Below, in pieces: positions 9,258 to 20,141 of a stretch of DNA of 64,000 nt. A model generated the notes under the pieces. The model worked only from the letters and a program-made list of their open reading frames with translations. It did no database searches and had not been told where the DNA came from. The translations under genes were made by a program, and so were the position numbers. The stretch lies in NCBI GenBank assembly GCA_965203725.1, contig CBDBDH010000002.1:264215-328214 (forward strand). The letters are read 5' to 3'. The DNA comes from Gammaproteobacteria bacterium (lineage in GTDB: Bacteria; Pseudomonadota; Gammaproteobacteria; UBA4575). Within the stretch, counting starts at the first letter, position 1. Each line of letters begins with the position of its first letter.

Positions 9258-10577
9258 TCATTGAATAGTTTTGCTGTAAATTTTTGATTTGCGCATGTCA
9301 TCATATAGCACCTGTTTTTGCATAGGCAGGTCTTCGATTTTTGCGGATTCAAAACCCTGTTCCTGAAACCAGTGCTCGGTTTGCGTCGTCAGCACGAAAA
9401 GTTTCCTGAAGCCAGCCTTGCGGGCTTTGCTTTCCAGGTGCATCAGCATTTTGCTGCCGCGCCCGATGGACTGAAATTCCGGATGCACTGCAAGACAGCC
9501 AACTTCGGCGGCATTTTCTTCCGGGAAAGTGTACAGAATGCCGCAGGTCAAAAGTACGCCGTCGCGTTCTATGACATCAAAGCGGTCAATTTCAAGCTCC
9601 AACTGTTCGCGGGGACGTGCTACCAGGATCCCTTTTTCAATAAAAGGCTGTATGAGTTCGGCGATACCGTCCAGATCATCCAATGTGGCAGGCCTGATTT
9701 CCTCATAGGCTTGAGCGGTTACCAGCGTGGCGGCTCCGTCCAGACTGTAAAGCTCTTCCAGCAGCGTGCCCGGTTTTTCTGTGTCGACCAGGTGTACGTT
9801 CTTGATGTTTTTCGAGCATGCCTGGATTGCGACCCTCAAATAGTGCCCGGCCTCCTGCTCGTGCTCGGGCAGTTTTTCTACAAGCTGCCGGGCTTCATCG
9901 ATGCTGTAGTGATTTTCGCTTTGTTCTTGCTGTTTTTGAAGCCTGAATTGATCCAGTACCAGGATCAGTTTCTCACTTTGCAGTACGCATGCGGTGTGCG
10001 TCGCAAGTTCTGTACCTGATAAAAGGACCAGACCGTCGGCCGTCGTACGAGCCATGGGAGTCATCGCTGCAATGTTTCCCTTGTCCAGTTGCTGTTGCAG
10101 TGCAGTTTGGATGATGCTGCAGCTTTCCCCGAGCCGGGAGTCCACTTGGCCTTGCTTGTCAACGTCAGGGTCGGCCTTCAGGAAATCGCCACAGGTAACG
10201 TCCAGCCTGGCGCCTGCCAGCGGTGTATTGGCGAGGCTGGTAGAAAAAATTGCCTTTACGTTCTCGCACAGGTCGCTGGACACATTCCTGATCTCTTCTA
10301 CAGAGTCTGGATCGGTGACATGCGAAGTGCGGTGCAGCCCACCTTGGCCTGGATCCGTTGTTCCCTGGCAGTTCGATGTCCCGTCCCCGAGTACCAGCAC
10401 CAGCTTGGCGCCCAGCGTATGCATCAGCGCAAGGTCGCGAATGAGTGCATTCAGGCGGGTATCTGCCAGCAGAACACGGGTGTCGATATAGACCACGAAA
10501 GTTTTGCCGCGATGAGAGTGTATGTAATGGGCGGCTTGGCGAAAACTCCCGGTTTGAAACAGGGAAGTACTGTTCAT
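9258..10577 (-). CDS. argA: Amino-acid N-acetyltransferase (N-acetylglutamate synthase), AAK plus GNAT domains
   Basis: 439 aa. N-terminal HSHRGKTFVVYIDTRVL amino-acid-kinase fold and a C-terminal GNAT region, the ArgA architecture. Confidence 0.9.
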   Translation of the reverse strand: MNSTSLFQTGSFRQAAHYIHSHRGKTFVVYIDTRVLLADTRLNALIRDLALMHTLGAKLVLVLGDGTSNCQGTTDPGQGGLHRTSHVTDPDSVEEIRNVSSDLCENVKAIFSTSLANTPLAGARLDVTCGDFLKADPDVDKQGQVDSRLGESCSIIQTALQQQLDKGNIAAMTPMARTTADGLVLLSGTELATHTACVLQSEKLILVLDQFRLQKQQEQSENHYSIDEARQLVEKLPEHEQEAGHYLRVAIQACSKNIKNVHLVDTEKPGTLLEELYSLDGAATLVTAQAYEEIRPATLDDLDGIAELIQPFIEKGILVARPREQLELEIDRFDVIERDGVLLTCGILYTFPEENAAEVGCLAVHPEFQSIGRGSKMLMHLESKARKAGFRKLFVLTTQTEHWFQEQGFESAKIEDLPMQKQVLYDDMRKSKIYSKTIQ

Positions 10578-10775
10578 AATTTATACTGCGATCAGATGGA
10601 GGGACGGAATTACGCGGCTAATCCAGGGTAAGCCCATGAAATGATGAAGGATTTTCAGTAATTGGTTTTTATGCTATCCGGGGCTTGGCTTGCCCCTTAT
10701 AATAGATCATTCAAGCACTGCCACAGGCACTGCCGCCAGGTCAGCGGATCACATTTTATACATAAGGAACCAAGA

Positions 10776-11471
10776 ATGCGAAAAGTATTATCGAGTGGAA
10801 AGGGTTTGTTTTGCCTGCTGCTGGTGTTGGCCGGTCCTGCGGTCCTGGCCAGTGGCGAGGTGCTGAAATCGCCCATTCTCGATCGTGTGAAAGTGCTGTA
10901 TTCGGCGCCCGCCAATCTGGAGGGCCTGACTCTGGAGCAGCTGCATGCGGAAAAGACCGTACTCGCTGATGAACTTGCAGCCATCCAGCAGGTCAGCGAT
11001 GCTCCTGAAGTTGCCAGACAAAAGTTTCTCGAGACGGTTTTTGAACATGATGACAAGCGCCTGAGGATTGTCGATGTCATACACAAACTGATTGACGAGT
11101 ATCAGATAGAAGGAAAATTCCGTGACGACCTGATCGGCTACAGCAATACATTCGACCAGGACATCAGGACCGCCCGCAAACATGTTCACACGCTGGAGGA
11201 CTATAAATCCTATGATTTCAGATTTTCCGCGGTCTACATGGCCATGATGCTGAAGTTCAATGAAAACCCCGAGTTCCGCAAACGCATGGAGGCGGACATG
11301 AAGGACCCGGATACGTCAATGGGCAGGTACCTGAAGGAAATGGATGAGTCCTATGCCGTGGTCCTTCACGAAAAATATCGCATTCAAAACATCTATTCCA
11401 TTCATGAGCTTGAAAATGCGATTACTCACATCAATGCAGAAATCTCCAGGCGGGATCACACGGAATTATAG
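10776..11471 (+). CDS. Hypothetical secreted protein
   Basis: ATG at 10776 with AAGGAA upstream; N-terminal signal peptide (LFCLLLVLAGPAVLASGEV). No recognisable domain. Confidence 0.5.
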   Translation: MRKVLSSGKGLFCLLLVLAGPAVLASGEVLKSPILDRVKVLYSAPANLEGLTLEQLHAEKTVLADELAAIQQVSDAPEVARQKFLETVFEHDDKRLRIVDVIHKLIDEYQIEGKFRDDLIGYSNTFDQDIRTARKHVHTLEDYKSYDFRFSAVYMAMMLKFNENPEFRKRMEADMKDPDTSMGRYLKEMDESYAVVLHEKYRIQNIYSIHELENAITHINAEISRRDHTEL

Positions 11472-11483
11472 GCAGGCTAGGTC

Positions 11484-11882
11484 ATGGTTGGGCGAATTTG
11501 TATATTGCTGGGAGTGATGTGTTGGGCAGCACCCCTGCTTGCAGAAACGGGTGCAGAAGTCAGCGAACCCCCGGAGATCGTCTTGGATGCACCGCCTGCT
11601 GCCAAGCCGGATTCTGAACCGCATATAAGCCAAACGGAAAAAGAAACCGTCTACGAATCGAGATTTTTTCCTGGCTTTCGCCCGTGCACGTCACAGGACT
11701 ACCATGACCATGATTTTGGCCCGGGTGCCTGTCAGGATACTGCGGCTGCACGCGCACTGTCTTCCCCCGATCAGGAGTACGGGTCAAATCGCAAATTGAT
11801 GGAAAAGGATACGATGCCCCAGGGAAATATCTTCAAGTTGCGTTTCGGGCGTATCCCCAAGGGCGCAGGCGCCAAACAGTAG
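11484..11882 (+). CDS. Hypothetical small secreted protein
   Basis: Signal-peptide-like N-terminus; otherwise low-complexity. Weak call. Confidence 0.3.
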   Translation: MVGRICILLGVMCWAAPLLAETGAEVSEPPEIVLDAPPAAKPDSEPHISQTEKETVYESRFFPGFRPCTSQDYHDHDFGPGACQDTAAARALSSPDQEYGSNRKLMEKDTMPQGNIFKLRFGRIPKGAGAKQ

Positions 11883-11993
11883 GTACGCAAGGGCAATCAG
11901 AAAACCGTACTGCCGTGGACTCCGGGTCAAGCCGGATCAGATCATCCATCATTAAATCCTGGGTTGCACAAACCAGCCTTCTCCAGAGGGCAG

Positions 11994-13142
11994 TTATTTC
12001 TGCATGCAGATCGAGCCTATGATTTTTTGCAGTAATTCAATGGTTGGCTCGAGGGATGAGAGCGCAATGAACTCATTGGGCTGGTGGGCCTGATCGATCG
12101 AACCAGGCCCGAGCACCACCGTTTCTATTCCCATGGAATTGAAAAAGGGGGCCTCCGTGGCAAAGGTCACGGATTTCGGCTTTTTACCGGTATACATGCT
12201 TGTCAATTCGACAATCCTTGAGTCACCTGCAGTTTCGAAGGCGGGAACCCCGTCAAACAATGGCTTGAACTTGCAGGCAAGGCCAAGCGGGTCTGTTTTT
12301 TTAGTAATCCTTTCGTGGAGTTCATCTCTGAGGGTATCGATCTGCATGCCGGGCAGCAGGCGCAGATCAACGTGCAGTTCGCACTCTGCACAGATCCGGT
12401 TGGGGTTGTCGCCACCATGAATATGGCCAAGATTCAGCGTTGGGACCGGCACGATGAAATCATGATTCGTATATTTTTCAGCCAGCTCTCGCTTGAATTT
12501 GTCCAGTTCGTTCAACACTACGCGCATTCCTTCCAGTGCGTTGTTCCCCAGTGCCGGGTTGCTTGAATGACCCGCTTTTCCATAGAGGGTAATTGACTCC
12601 ATGAACACCCCCTTGTGCTGGCGTACAGGGGTGAGGCTCGTCGGCTCGCCAATCACGCAAAAGCGCCCCGGTTTTCTGTTTTCTTCTGCAAGTGTGCGCA
12701 CACCCTGCATGGTGCTTTCCTCGTCGGCCGTTGCGACAATAGTAAGGCGCTGCTCGAGATTCTTGCCGACAAACTCTTTTGCCGCCTCAATGGCAATTGC
12801 CAGGAACGATTTCATGTCCGCTGTACCCAGACCGTAAAGGCGGTCCCCGACTTGCTGGGCTCGAAACGGATCAGTATTCCAGCCTGTTTGGTCAAAATTC
12901 ACGGTATCGGTGTGGCCTGACAGCACAAGGCCATCCTCCCCCTCTCCAATCCATGCCAACAGGTTATATTTTTCTTCCGAGGAAGGAACGATCTCCGTCT
13001 GGAAACCCAGGTCGTCCAGCCAGTTGGCCAGGCAGTCGATCATGGGTTTGTTGCTGGTATCAAATTGCGCCTGAGTGCTGCTGATGGAGGGGATTGCAAT
13101 CAGTTGTCCGATCATTTCAAGCAACGGAGGCGGTGACTTCAT
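11994..13142 (-). CDS. argE: Acetylornithine deacetylase (M20 peptidase family)
   Basis: ArgE-like N-terminus (IGQLIAIPSISS) and M20 metal-binding motifs; 382 aa. Confidence 0.85.
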   Translation of the reverse strand: MKSPPPLLEMIGQLIAIPSISSTQAQFDTSNKPMIDCLANWLDDLGFQTEIVPSSEEKYNLLAWIGEGEDGLVLSGHTDTVNFDQTGWNTDPFRAQQVGDRLYGLGTADMKSFLAIAIEAAKEFVGKNLEQRLTIVATADEESTMQGVRTLAEENRKPGRFCVIGEPTSLTPVRQHKGVFMESITLYGKAGHSSNPALGNNALEGMRVVLNELDKFKRELAEKYTNHDFIVPVPTLNLGHIHGGDNPNRICAECELHVDLRLLPGMQIDTLRDELHERITKKTDPLGLACKFKPLFDGVPAFETAGDSRIVELTSMYTGKKPKSVTFATEAPFFNSMGIETVVLGPGSIDQAHQPNEFIALSSLEPTIELLQKIIGSICMQK

Positions 13143-13143
13143 G

Positions 13144-14010
13144 CTACCGGGACCCTGTCATTTCCTGCGCAATTTCATAGATCGCGTTCGCATCCAGTAC
13201 CTGGTCGTTGGACGTAAACAGCCTGTCAATGCAAGCGCGATGCAGCTTCAGTTTCAGTGCCCCTATGCCCAGGCCGCCAAAAATTCTCTTGCCAAATCTT
13301 TCAGTATCCCTGTCATTCATGCTGATGCCCTCAAAGCCCAGGGGTTCCGCCGTACTGACGTCAGCCAGAATTTCAATGCTGTCATGCTGTTGCCACTGGC
13401 CTGCATCCAGTAAACGGACACCTGCCTTGCCTGCACCGAACACAAGCTGCGCCCCTTCCAGCGCAGCGTGGGTCGAGTCGGTGTCATTGGCCTCCACAGG
13501 CACAAGTCGGACTCCAAATTGTTTTCCCATGTCATCACATGCCTGCTGCGAACGACTCTTTTCCCGCGAGGTAAGGCGCACCTGGGCACCGCTTTGTGCA
13601 AGCATGACCGCGGCACGCTGTCCCACGGGCCCCGTACCTGCCAGGACGACGGCAATTTTGCCCGCCAAGGTTGTGGCCCGGTTCAACAGGGTGACACCGG
13701 CTGCAGCAGTGGTATTGCAGCCGTTGCTGTCCAGCATCACGGATACACGAAAATCCTGAAAAAAATGACTTTGTACGGCCTTGAATAAAGACTGGCCACT
13801 GACAAGGTTGCTGCCCCCAATAAAAATTGCAGTGTTCCTCTTGTGCTTGGGGGCTCGTGTATAGATCGCGCCCTCAACCAGGCTTGTGCAATTGCCTTCA
13901 TGGATGCCGCCAAGTTGGGTGACCTGGTCTGCTCCTCCATCGTAGGCAACTACAGAGTCAAATACACTGGGGATAGGATCAGTATCGAAATGGTACAAAA
14001 GCTTTTTCAT
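13144..14010 (-). CDS. mtdA: NAD(P)-dependent methylene-tetrahydromethanopterin/methylene-tetrahydrofolate dehydrogenase (MtdA/MtdB family)
   Basis: 288 aa. FDTDPIPSVFDSVVAYDGGAD..., SVMLDSNGCNTTAAAGV..., VVLAGTGPVG and GLGIGALKLKLHRACI closely match the methylotroph MtdA family. Confidence 0.8.
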   Translation of the reverse strand: MKKLLYHFDTDPIPSVFDSVVAYDGGADQVTQLGGIHEGNCTSLVEGAIYTRAPKHKRNTAIFIGGSNLVSGQSLFKAVQSHFFQDFRVSVMLDSNGCNTTAAAGVTLLNRATTLAGKIAVVLAGTGPVGQRAAVMLAQSGAQVRLTSREKSRSQQACDDMGKQFGVRLVPVEANDTDSTHAALEGAQLVFGAGKAGVRLLDAGQWQQHDSIEILADVSTAEPLGFEGISMNDRDTERFGKRIFGGLGIGALKLKLHRACIDRLFTSNDQVLDANAIYEIAQEMTGSR

Positions 14011-14044
14011 GGTATCGAGAGGTCAGCGTATCCCCACAGGGTCA

Positions 14045-16819
14045 CTAGCCGGTGCTGCCAATTCCCGCAGCAACACAGTTGATCGACAAAAGCAGGGGAA
14101 CCAGAATATTTTGCCTGTCTTCGGCCTGGTGTTGCTCATTGCGGAACTTTTTGACCAGTTCGGCTTGCTCAATACCGACCTGGTTCAGGGATTTCAGACG
14201 CCTGCTGAAGTGCCTTTTGAAATTCGGAAAGCGATCACACAGGTGATCCTCTCTGGTAACCTGCAAAACCATCCGGCTCGTACGCTCATACTCGGATTTG
14301 ATATCTGAGAAAATTGCTTCACTGTATTGGGTGTTAACCACCAGTTCGGAATATTTTTCCGCGACCTCAAAGTCGACCAGCAACAATGTTTTTTCAACGC
14401 TGTCCAGTATCAGACGAAACAATGAATGCGTATTATATAGTTCTTGCAGCAATTCTTTCCCCAGCTCCCCGCGGATGCTGATCAACTGTTCGAGGCTGCT
14501 CCCCACTCCATACCACCCCGGAACCAGAATGCGGTTTTGTGTCCAGGCAAAGACCCAGGGTATCGCACGCAGGTCTTCAAGGGTGGCTGCACCAAATCTG
14601 CGCGAGGGCCTTGATCCGATTTTCATCAGCGTCAGCTCCTCCACGGGGCTTGCCTGCTGGTAGAATTCCACCAGACCCGGGGCTTCGATGAACTTGCGGT
14701 ATGCGACGTACGCTGTACCTGAAAGTGCCTGCATGACTTCATCCAGTTCGGCGTTGGTTTGAAAAGCCGGGTCTTTGCCCGACATGAGCGTGTGTGCGAG
14801 TGCGCTGGAGGCAAGTATCTCCATTTGCTCTTCAGCAAACCCGTGGTTTGCGTACTTGTACGACACGACTTCACCCTGTTCCGTGACTCGCATGCGCCCG
14901 TCGATCGTGCCTACAGGCTGGGCTGCAATGGCGCGGCCACTGGGGGCGCCGCCTCGACTCACCGAACCCCCGCGCCCGTGAAAAAATGCAGCCTCTGTTT
15001 TGTGCTTGTCCCCGGCTTCCTTGATGAGGGTCTGTGCCTGGCTGATGATCCAGTTGGAAGTCAGGAATCCGCCGTCCTTGTTTGAATCCGAGTACCCCAC
15101 CATGACCTCTTGTGAGTCTCCGTTTCTGCGTATCGTGCGCCTGACAAATCCGTGTTCGAGCAATTCACTCAATATGGAGGGGCCCTGCTCCAGGGCTTCT
15201 ATAGTCTCCAGCAGGGGTACGACCAGGATGCGACAGGCTTCCAAACCGTCCACATCCGTGAACAGGCCGACATATTTCGCCAAAAGGTAGACTCCCAGCA
15301 CGTCGGTTGACGTTTGCGTCATGCTGAGGACGAAAACGCCAAATGCCTTGGAGTCCAGTCCGCGCTGGTAATGCTTGACCTGTTCCAGCATGGCCAGCGT
15401 GGCTTGGGCCTGGCTGGATAGAAAATCAATGCTCGGGATTACACGCAGGGGCTGCATGAGTTCGCTGACAACCCATTCTCTCCACTCATCTGATCCGAAA
15501 TCCGGAACATCAAAGTGGGTTTTCTGATGCAGGGCCTGCCAGATTTCTGCGAGAGTGCTATTCGTGATCGTCGTGTTCTCGCGAAGGTCCAGGCTGGCAG
15601 TTCGAAAGCCGAAGGTATCCACCATATGGCGTAAGGGAACGACATTTGACGTGCACAAGTGTTCGCATCGGGCATCATTGAGTCCACGCTCGAGCACCCG
15701 CAGATCGGACGCCAGGTCCGCTGCACTGTGGTATGCGACACTGGATTCTCCGGGCTCATCAATATGTTCCAGGGTCGCGTCAATGCTGCGCAGCATGCAG
15801 CTCAGATACTGCCGGAACACCTCGCCGGGGTTTCGCTTGGAAAAGGATTCCGTTTCTCCCAGCACTTCAAGTTTTTGTTGCAGGGCATCAAGGAAGTGTT
15901 CGGGGACTCTCAGGGAATGACTGGCAATGCTGAGCTTGGTACACAGCTCGCGAAGATCCTGGCGATATCGCTTCAGGCTGGCCTTGGCATTTTCACGAAG
16001 GGCGTAGGCAGTGACTTCAGTGTTCACATTCGGATTCCCATCCCGGTCACCGCCAATCCACGACCCGAAACGGAATATCGGCGGTACCTCGAATTCAACG
16101 TGCGGATACACTCTTCTCAGGGCACGCTCCAGTTCAGAATAGAATTTCATTGCGCCGTCAAACAGGGATTCCGTAAAGAAGTGCAGTCCCCATGTGATTT
16201 CCTGTTCGACGGTGGGTTTTTCCAGGCGAATCTCGCCCGTCAGCCAAAGCAGGTCGATCTCATTGCGTAGTTCATGGACCAGTTTGTCCCGTTCCCGGGG
16301 CGTCCAGCGTGTGAGTTCCAGTTGCTTGAGCAGCACATAGATGCGCCGGTGAATCTCCAGCACTGTGACGCGCTTGGCTTCCGTGGGATGTGCAGTGATT
16401 ACCGGACAGAAAAAACTCTTGTTCAGAATTTTCTGGACTTCTTCTGCCGGGATGCCATGCCGGGTTGCCGTGGAAAATGTATGTGCGAAAGTTCCGGGCA
16501 CGCGGCGGCGTCCGTACTCTTTTTCGATATGTCTACGCTGCTGTACGTTTGCATTTTGCTCGGCAATGCTGAGCAGCTGGAACCAGATGCCATGGGCTTC
16601 CAGTATGTACAGGATTTGTGTGTCCGTACTTTCGCGAATATCTTTGCGGCCCTCGATGAAGGCTTCTATGTCAGGTTGCCGAGCGCGCAGCACACTGAGC
16701 AACTGCTCGTACAACAGGTCTACAAGCTTGTTTTCATAACTTGCAGCCGGGTCAACAATGGCACGGCCACTGGCGACCCGGGTCAGTTGTGTCCAGGAAA
16801 GTGGAGAGGCGTCACTCAT
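14045..16819 (-). CDS. ppc: Phosphoenolpyruvate carboxylase
   Basis: 924 aa with a C-terminus ending ...AGIGSTG and a PEPC family sequence throughout. Confidence 0.95.
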   Translation of the reverse strand: MSDASPLSWTQLTRVASGRAIVDPAASYENKLVDLLYEQLLSVLRARQPDIEAFIEGRKDIRESTDTQILYILEAHGIWFQLLSIAEQNANVQQRRHIEKEYGRRRVPGTFAHTFSTATRHGIPAEEVQKILNKSFFCPVITAHPTEAKRVTVLEIHRRIYVLLKQLELTRWTPRERDKLVHELRNEIDLLWLTGEIRLEKPTVEQEITWGLHFFTESLFDGAMKFYSELERALRRVYPHVEFEVPPIFRFGSWIGGDRDGNPNVNTEVTAYALRENAKASLKRYRQDLRELCTKLSIASHSLRVPEHFLDALQQKLEVLGETESFSKRNPGEVFRQYLSCMLRSIDATLEHIDEPGESSVAYHSAADLASDLRVLERGLNDARCEHLCTSNVVPLRHMVDTFGFRTASLDLRENTTITNSTLAEIWQALHQKTHFDVPDFGSDEWREWVVSELMQPLRVIPSIDFLSSQAQATLAMLEQVKHYQRGLDSKAFGVFVLSMTQTSTDVLGVYLLAKYVGLFTDVDGLEACRILVVPLLETIEALEQGPSILSELLEHGFVRRTIRRNGDSQEVMVGYSDSNKDGGFLTSNWIISQAQTLIKEAGDKHKTEAAFFHGRGGSVSRGGAPSGRAIAAQPVGTIDGRMRVTEQGEVVSYKYANHGFAEEQMEILASSALAHTLMSGKDPAFQTNAELDEVMQALSGTAYVAYRKFIEAPGLVEFYQQASPVEELTLMKIGSRPSRRFGAATLEDLRAIPWVFAWTQNRILVPGWYGVGSSLEQLISIRGELGKELLQELYNTHSLFRLILDSVEKTLLLVDFEVAEKYSELVVNTQYSEAIFSDIKSEYERTSRMVLQVTREDHLCDRFPNFKRHFSRRLKSLNQVGIEQAELVKKFRNEQHQAEDRQNILVPLLLSINCVAAGIGSTG

Positions 16820-16931
16820 ACTGCATGTATAAAATCAGATTGATACATGCAATATACAGCAAGGCCACGAAATACTCCCTCCCGTTGCGGGAAGGCATAC
16901 ACCGGTGCACTGACCAGGGGCAAATAAAGAT

Positions 16932-17903
16932 TTAAACCAGCTTGTCTCTGGGGGTGTCGCCTGCTTCGAATGCAGCCAGATTTTCCAGTACACGGTTGCC
17001 CATCGCAATCCGTGTTTCAGTCGAAGCACTCCCCAGGTGGGGCAGCAGCACGGCATTTTCCAACTCAAGAAAACGCTTGTCGAGGTTGGGTTCGCCTTCG
17101 AACACGTCCAGGCCGGCTCCGGCAATCGTGCCATTTTTCAATGCCTCTATCAGCGCATCATTGTCCACCACATCACCACGCGCCGAATTGATCAGGAACG
17201 CGCCGGACTTCATCTTGGAAAGGTTTTCCCTGTTCAGCAGGTGGTAGGTTTCCTTGCCTCCGGGACAGTGGATGGATACAAAATCAGAGTTTGCAAGAAC
17301 CTCATCGATGGATTCGCACTGCGTGGCGTTAAACTTCTGTATCACCTCGTCGGGCGGGGGGTAGGGGTCCACAAAAATGATTTTCATCCCGAAGCCGTGG
17401 TGCGCGCGCCTTGCCATGGCCTGTGCAATTCGCCCCATGCCGATCATGCCGAGTGTCTTGCCGGTTACCTTGGTAGCCAGCAGGTGTGTGGGCCGCCAGC
17501 CCGTCCAGGCATTGGCACGCAGGTGACGCTCCCCTTCACTGGTGCGCCTTGCTGCGGTTAACAGCAATGTCATGGCAATGTCAGCCGTGCAGTCGGTGAG
17601 CACTTCAGGCGTATTGGTCACGGTCAGTCCACGTGCCTTGGCCGCATCCAGATCGATATGGTTGAATCCCACGCCAAAATTGCCGATAAACCGTGCACGC
17701 AACGGCTCGGCACTCAATACCTCCGCATCAACGGGGTCGGTAACGGTGGGCAGGAATGCATCGCAATTGCCCAGTGCCTGCTTCATTTCATCCTTGCTCA
17801 TGGCAACGTCGGTCTCATTCAGCTGCACGTCATATTTCTCTTTCAGCGTGGCTTCCACTTCTGCAGGCCACGCGCGCGAGACGATGACTTTCAATTTGCT
17901 CAT
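16932..17903 (-). CDS. hprA: D-isomer-specific 2-hydroxyacid dehydrogenase (hydroxypyruvate reductase / glycerate dehydrogenase)
   Basis: GMIGMGRIAQAMARRA Rossmann motif and a D-2-HADH catalytic region; lies inside the serine-cycle cluster. Confidence 0.75.
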   Translation of the reverse strand: MSKLKVIVSRAWPAEVEATLKEKYDVQLNETDVAMSKDEMKQALGNCDAFLPTVTDPVDAEVLSAEPLRARFIGNFGVGFNHIDLDAAKARGLTVTNTPEVLTDCTADIAMTLLLTAARRTSEGERHLRANAWTGWRPTHLLATKVTGKTLGMIGMGRIAQAMARRAHHGFGMKIIFVDPYPPPDEVIQKFNATQCESIDEVLANSDFVSIHCPGGKETYHLLNRENLSKMKSGAFLINSARGDVVDNDALIEALKNGTIAGAGLDVFEGEPNLDKRFLELENAVLLPHLGSASTETRIAMGNRVLENLAAFEAGDTPRDKLV

Positions 17904-17915
17904 TTTGTTCTTCTC

Positions 17916-18806
17916 CTAGGCAAGTTCTTTCAAGACGCGTTCCATGGTGGACCCGAGCTCGGACGGATCCGGTGCAACCGTGACACCCGCATCCCTCAAC
18001 AGCTCCACCTTCTCGGCAGCGCTTTCACCCTTGCCGGATACGATAGCACCTGCATGGCCCATGCGCCGTCCCTTTGGCGCCGTCAGTCCTGCAATGTAGG
18101 CAACCAGCGGCTTGGTCATGTGGTTTTTGAAGTACTCCGCCGCATCGGCTTCCTGGGGTCCTCCGATTTCACCGATCAGCATGACCGCCTCGGTTTCCGG
18201 GTCTGCCTCGAACAGCTCAAGAATGTCGCGATGAGAGCAGCCGTTGATGGGGTCACCACCAATTCCGACACTGGTGCTGATGCCGATTCCGCACGCCTTC
18301 ATCTGGGATGCGGCCTCGTAGCCAAGCGTGCCCGAGCGTGCGACGATGCCGACGTTGCCGGGGATATAGATATGTCCCGGCATGATGCCAAGCAGGCACC
18401 TGTCCGGACTGATCGTTCCGGCACAGTTGGGGCCGGTCAGGCGCATTCGCTCTTCTTTCTTGTAGCGGTACATGTAACGCTTTACAAGCATCATGTCCTG
18501 TGCGGGGATACCATCGGTGATTGCGACACAGGTCTTGATGCCCGCATCGGCCGCTTCCATGATCGAATCTGCGGCAAACGAGGCAGGTACAAACACGATA
18601 CTGGCATCGGCACCGGTCTCCTCAACCGCCTCCTTCATGGTGTTGAATACAGGCAGTTCGAGATGGGTTTGGCCGCCCTTGCCAGGCGTTACGCCGCCGA
18701 CCACCCGGGTGCCGTACTCAAGCATTTCCTTGGCATGAAACGTGCCTATTTTGCCTGTGAAGCCCTGAATCAGTACCTTGGTATTCTTGTCAATCATTAT
18801 GCTCAT
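17916..18806 (-). CDS. mtkB: Malate--CoA ligase (malate thiokinase) alpha subunit, succinyl-CoA-synthetase alpha-like
   Basis: SucD-like CoA-binding subunit ([18 protein letters not shown]..., [18 protein letters not shown]) next to an mtkA-like beta subunit and mcl. Confidence 0.8.
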   Translation of the reverse strand: MSIMIDKNTKVLIQGFTGKIGTFHAKEMLEYGTRVVGGVTPGKGGQTHLELPVFNTMKEAVEETGADASIVFVPASFAADSIMEAADAGIKTCVAITDGIPAQDMMLVKRYMYRYKKEERMRLTGPNCAGTISPDRCLLGIMPGHIYIPGNVGIVARSGTLGYEAASQMKACGIGISTSVGIGGDPINGCSHRDILELFEADPETEAVMLIGEIGGPQEADAAEYFKNHMTKPLVAYIAGLTAPKGRRMGHAGAIVSGKGESAAEKVELLRDAGVTVAPDPSELGSTMERVLKELA

Positions 18807-18823
18807 GGGTATCTCCTAACGCT

Positions 18824-20008
18824 TTATGAGGCTTCAGCCGCGCGGTTGCGTTCCGCCACAACTTTTTCCGCCGCTTCAGACAGCGTATCCGCAGTGATCA
18901 CCGGATAGCCGCTGTCTTTGAGCATCTGCATGCCTTTTTCCACATTCGTTCCGGACAGACGGACAACGACCGGGGTGCGTACATCCAGCTTGCCAAATGC
19001 CTGTATCACGCCCTCGGCAATCCAGTCACAACGGTTGATGCCGGCAAAAATGTTGACCAGCATGGCCTTGACGTTTTCATCATCCAGCACCAGCCTGAAG
19101 GCCTTGGTGACCCGGTCCGGGGAAGCGCCGCCGCCGATGTCCAGGAAGTTGGCCGGCTCACCGCCCTTGTGCTTGATCATGTCCATGGTGGCCATCGCCA
19201 GTCCTGCACCGTTGATCATGCAGCCGATGTCACCGTCCAGGCCTACGTAGCTCAGGCCCCTGTCCGATGCCGCAGTTTCACGCGAGTCCTCCTGGGACTT
19301 GTCGCGCAACTCGGAGATCTTCGGTCTTCGAAACAGGGCGTTGTCATCAAAGCTCATCTTGGCGTCCAGGGCCAGGATGTGGTTGTCCTTGGTGACCACC
19401 AGAGGATTGATTTCCACCAGGGTGGCATCGAGTTCACGAAAGGCCTGATAAGCACCTTCGATGCAATGCACGGCCTGGCTGATCATCTCGGGATGGATAT
19501 TCAGGGCGAATGCCAGCTCGCGTGCCTGAAAATCCCGCAAACCCACGGCAGGCTCGACTTCCAGCCTGTGGATGCTCTCCGGCTTGGTCGCGGCCACTTC
19601 CTCGATATCCATGCCGCCTTCGGTTGAGGTGACGATCGTGACGCGCTGCTTGTTCCGGTCCAGCACCAGGGCGAGATAAATCTCGCGTTCTATGTCTGCA
19701 ACCTGCTCGATGTAGAGCCGGTACACGACCTTCCCGCCGGGGCCGGTCTGGTGGGTAACCAGGCGCTTGCCGAGCAATTCCTCGGCGGCATTCCAGATCT
19801 CCTCGTCACTGGAGCAGACCTTGATTCCACCGGCCTTGCCCCGGGCCCCGGAATGAATCTGTGCCTTGACGACCCACTGGTGTCCGCCGATCTCCTTGGC
19901 GCGGTACACGGCCTGTTCGGGACTGTATGCCAGGCCGCCGGGGGAGATCTCCACACCGAACTCCGATAGCAATTCTTTCGCTTGGTACTCATGAATATCC
20001 ACTTGCAT
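18824..20008 (-). CDS. mtkA: Malate--CoA ligase beta subunit (ATP-grasp, SucC-like)
   Basis: [19 protein letters not shown]... ATP-grasp N-terminus; 394 aa. Confidence 0.8.
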   Translation of the reverse strand: MQVDIHEYQAKELLSEFGVEISPGGLAYSPEQAVYRAKEIGGHQWVVKAQIHSGARGKAGGIKVCSSDEEIWNAAEELLGKRLVTHQTGPGGKVVYRLYIEQVADIEREIYLALVLDRNKQRVTIVTSTEGGMDIEEVAATKPESIHRLEVEPAVGLRDFQARELAFALNIHPEMISQAVHCIEGAYQAFRELDATLVEINPLVVTKDNHILALDAKMSFDDNALFRRPKISELRDKSQEDSRETAASDRGLSYVGLDGDIGCMINGAGLAMATMDMIKHKGGEPANFLDIGGGASPDRVTKAFRLVLDDENVKAMLVNIFAGINRCDWIAEGVIQAFGKLDVRTPVVVRLSGTNVEKGMQMLKDSGYPVITADTLSEAAEKVVAERNRAAEAS

Positions 20009-20141
20009 TCCCTCCCGAGAATTAATTCGTTTCTACCGCCTGTTCGTGGCGCTTCGACATCTCCTGCCGGATGGATGGATGCTCAAGATCCAAACACCTG
20101 CCGGGCGCTCGCAACAGACGAACGGAAAAACTGCTGAGATG

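Noticed and set aside
10662-10775. Upstream extension of the secreted hypothetical protein (ORF-track start at 10662)
   Set aside because: The extension has no ribosome-binding site and precedes a canonical signal peptide that starts at the ATG at 10776, which has an AAGGAA ribosome-binding site.
11883-11993. Searched for an intrinsic terminator between the convergent hypothetical gene and argE
   Set aside because: No stable GC-rich stem followed by a T-tract was identifiable by eye.
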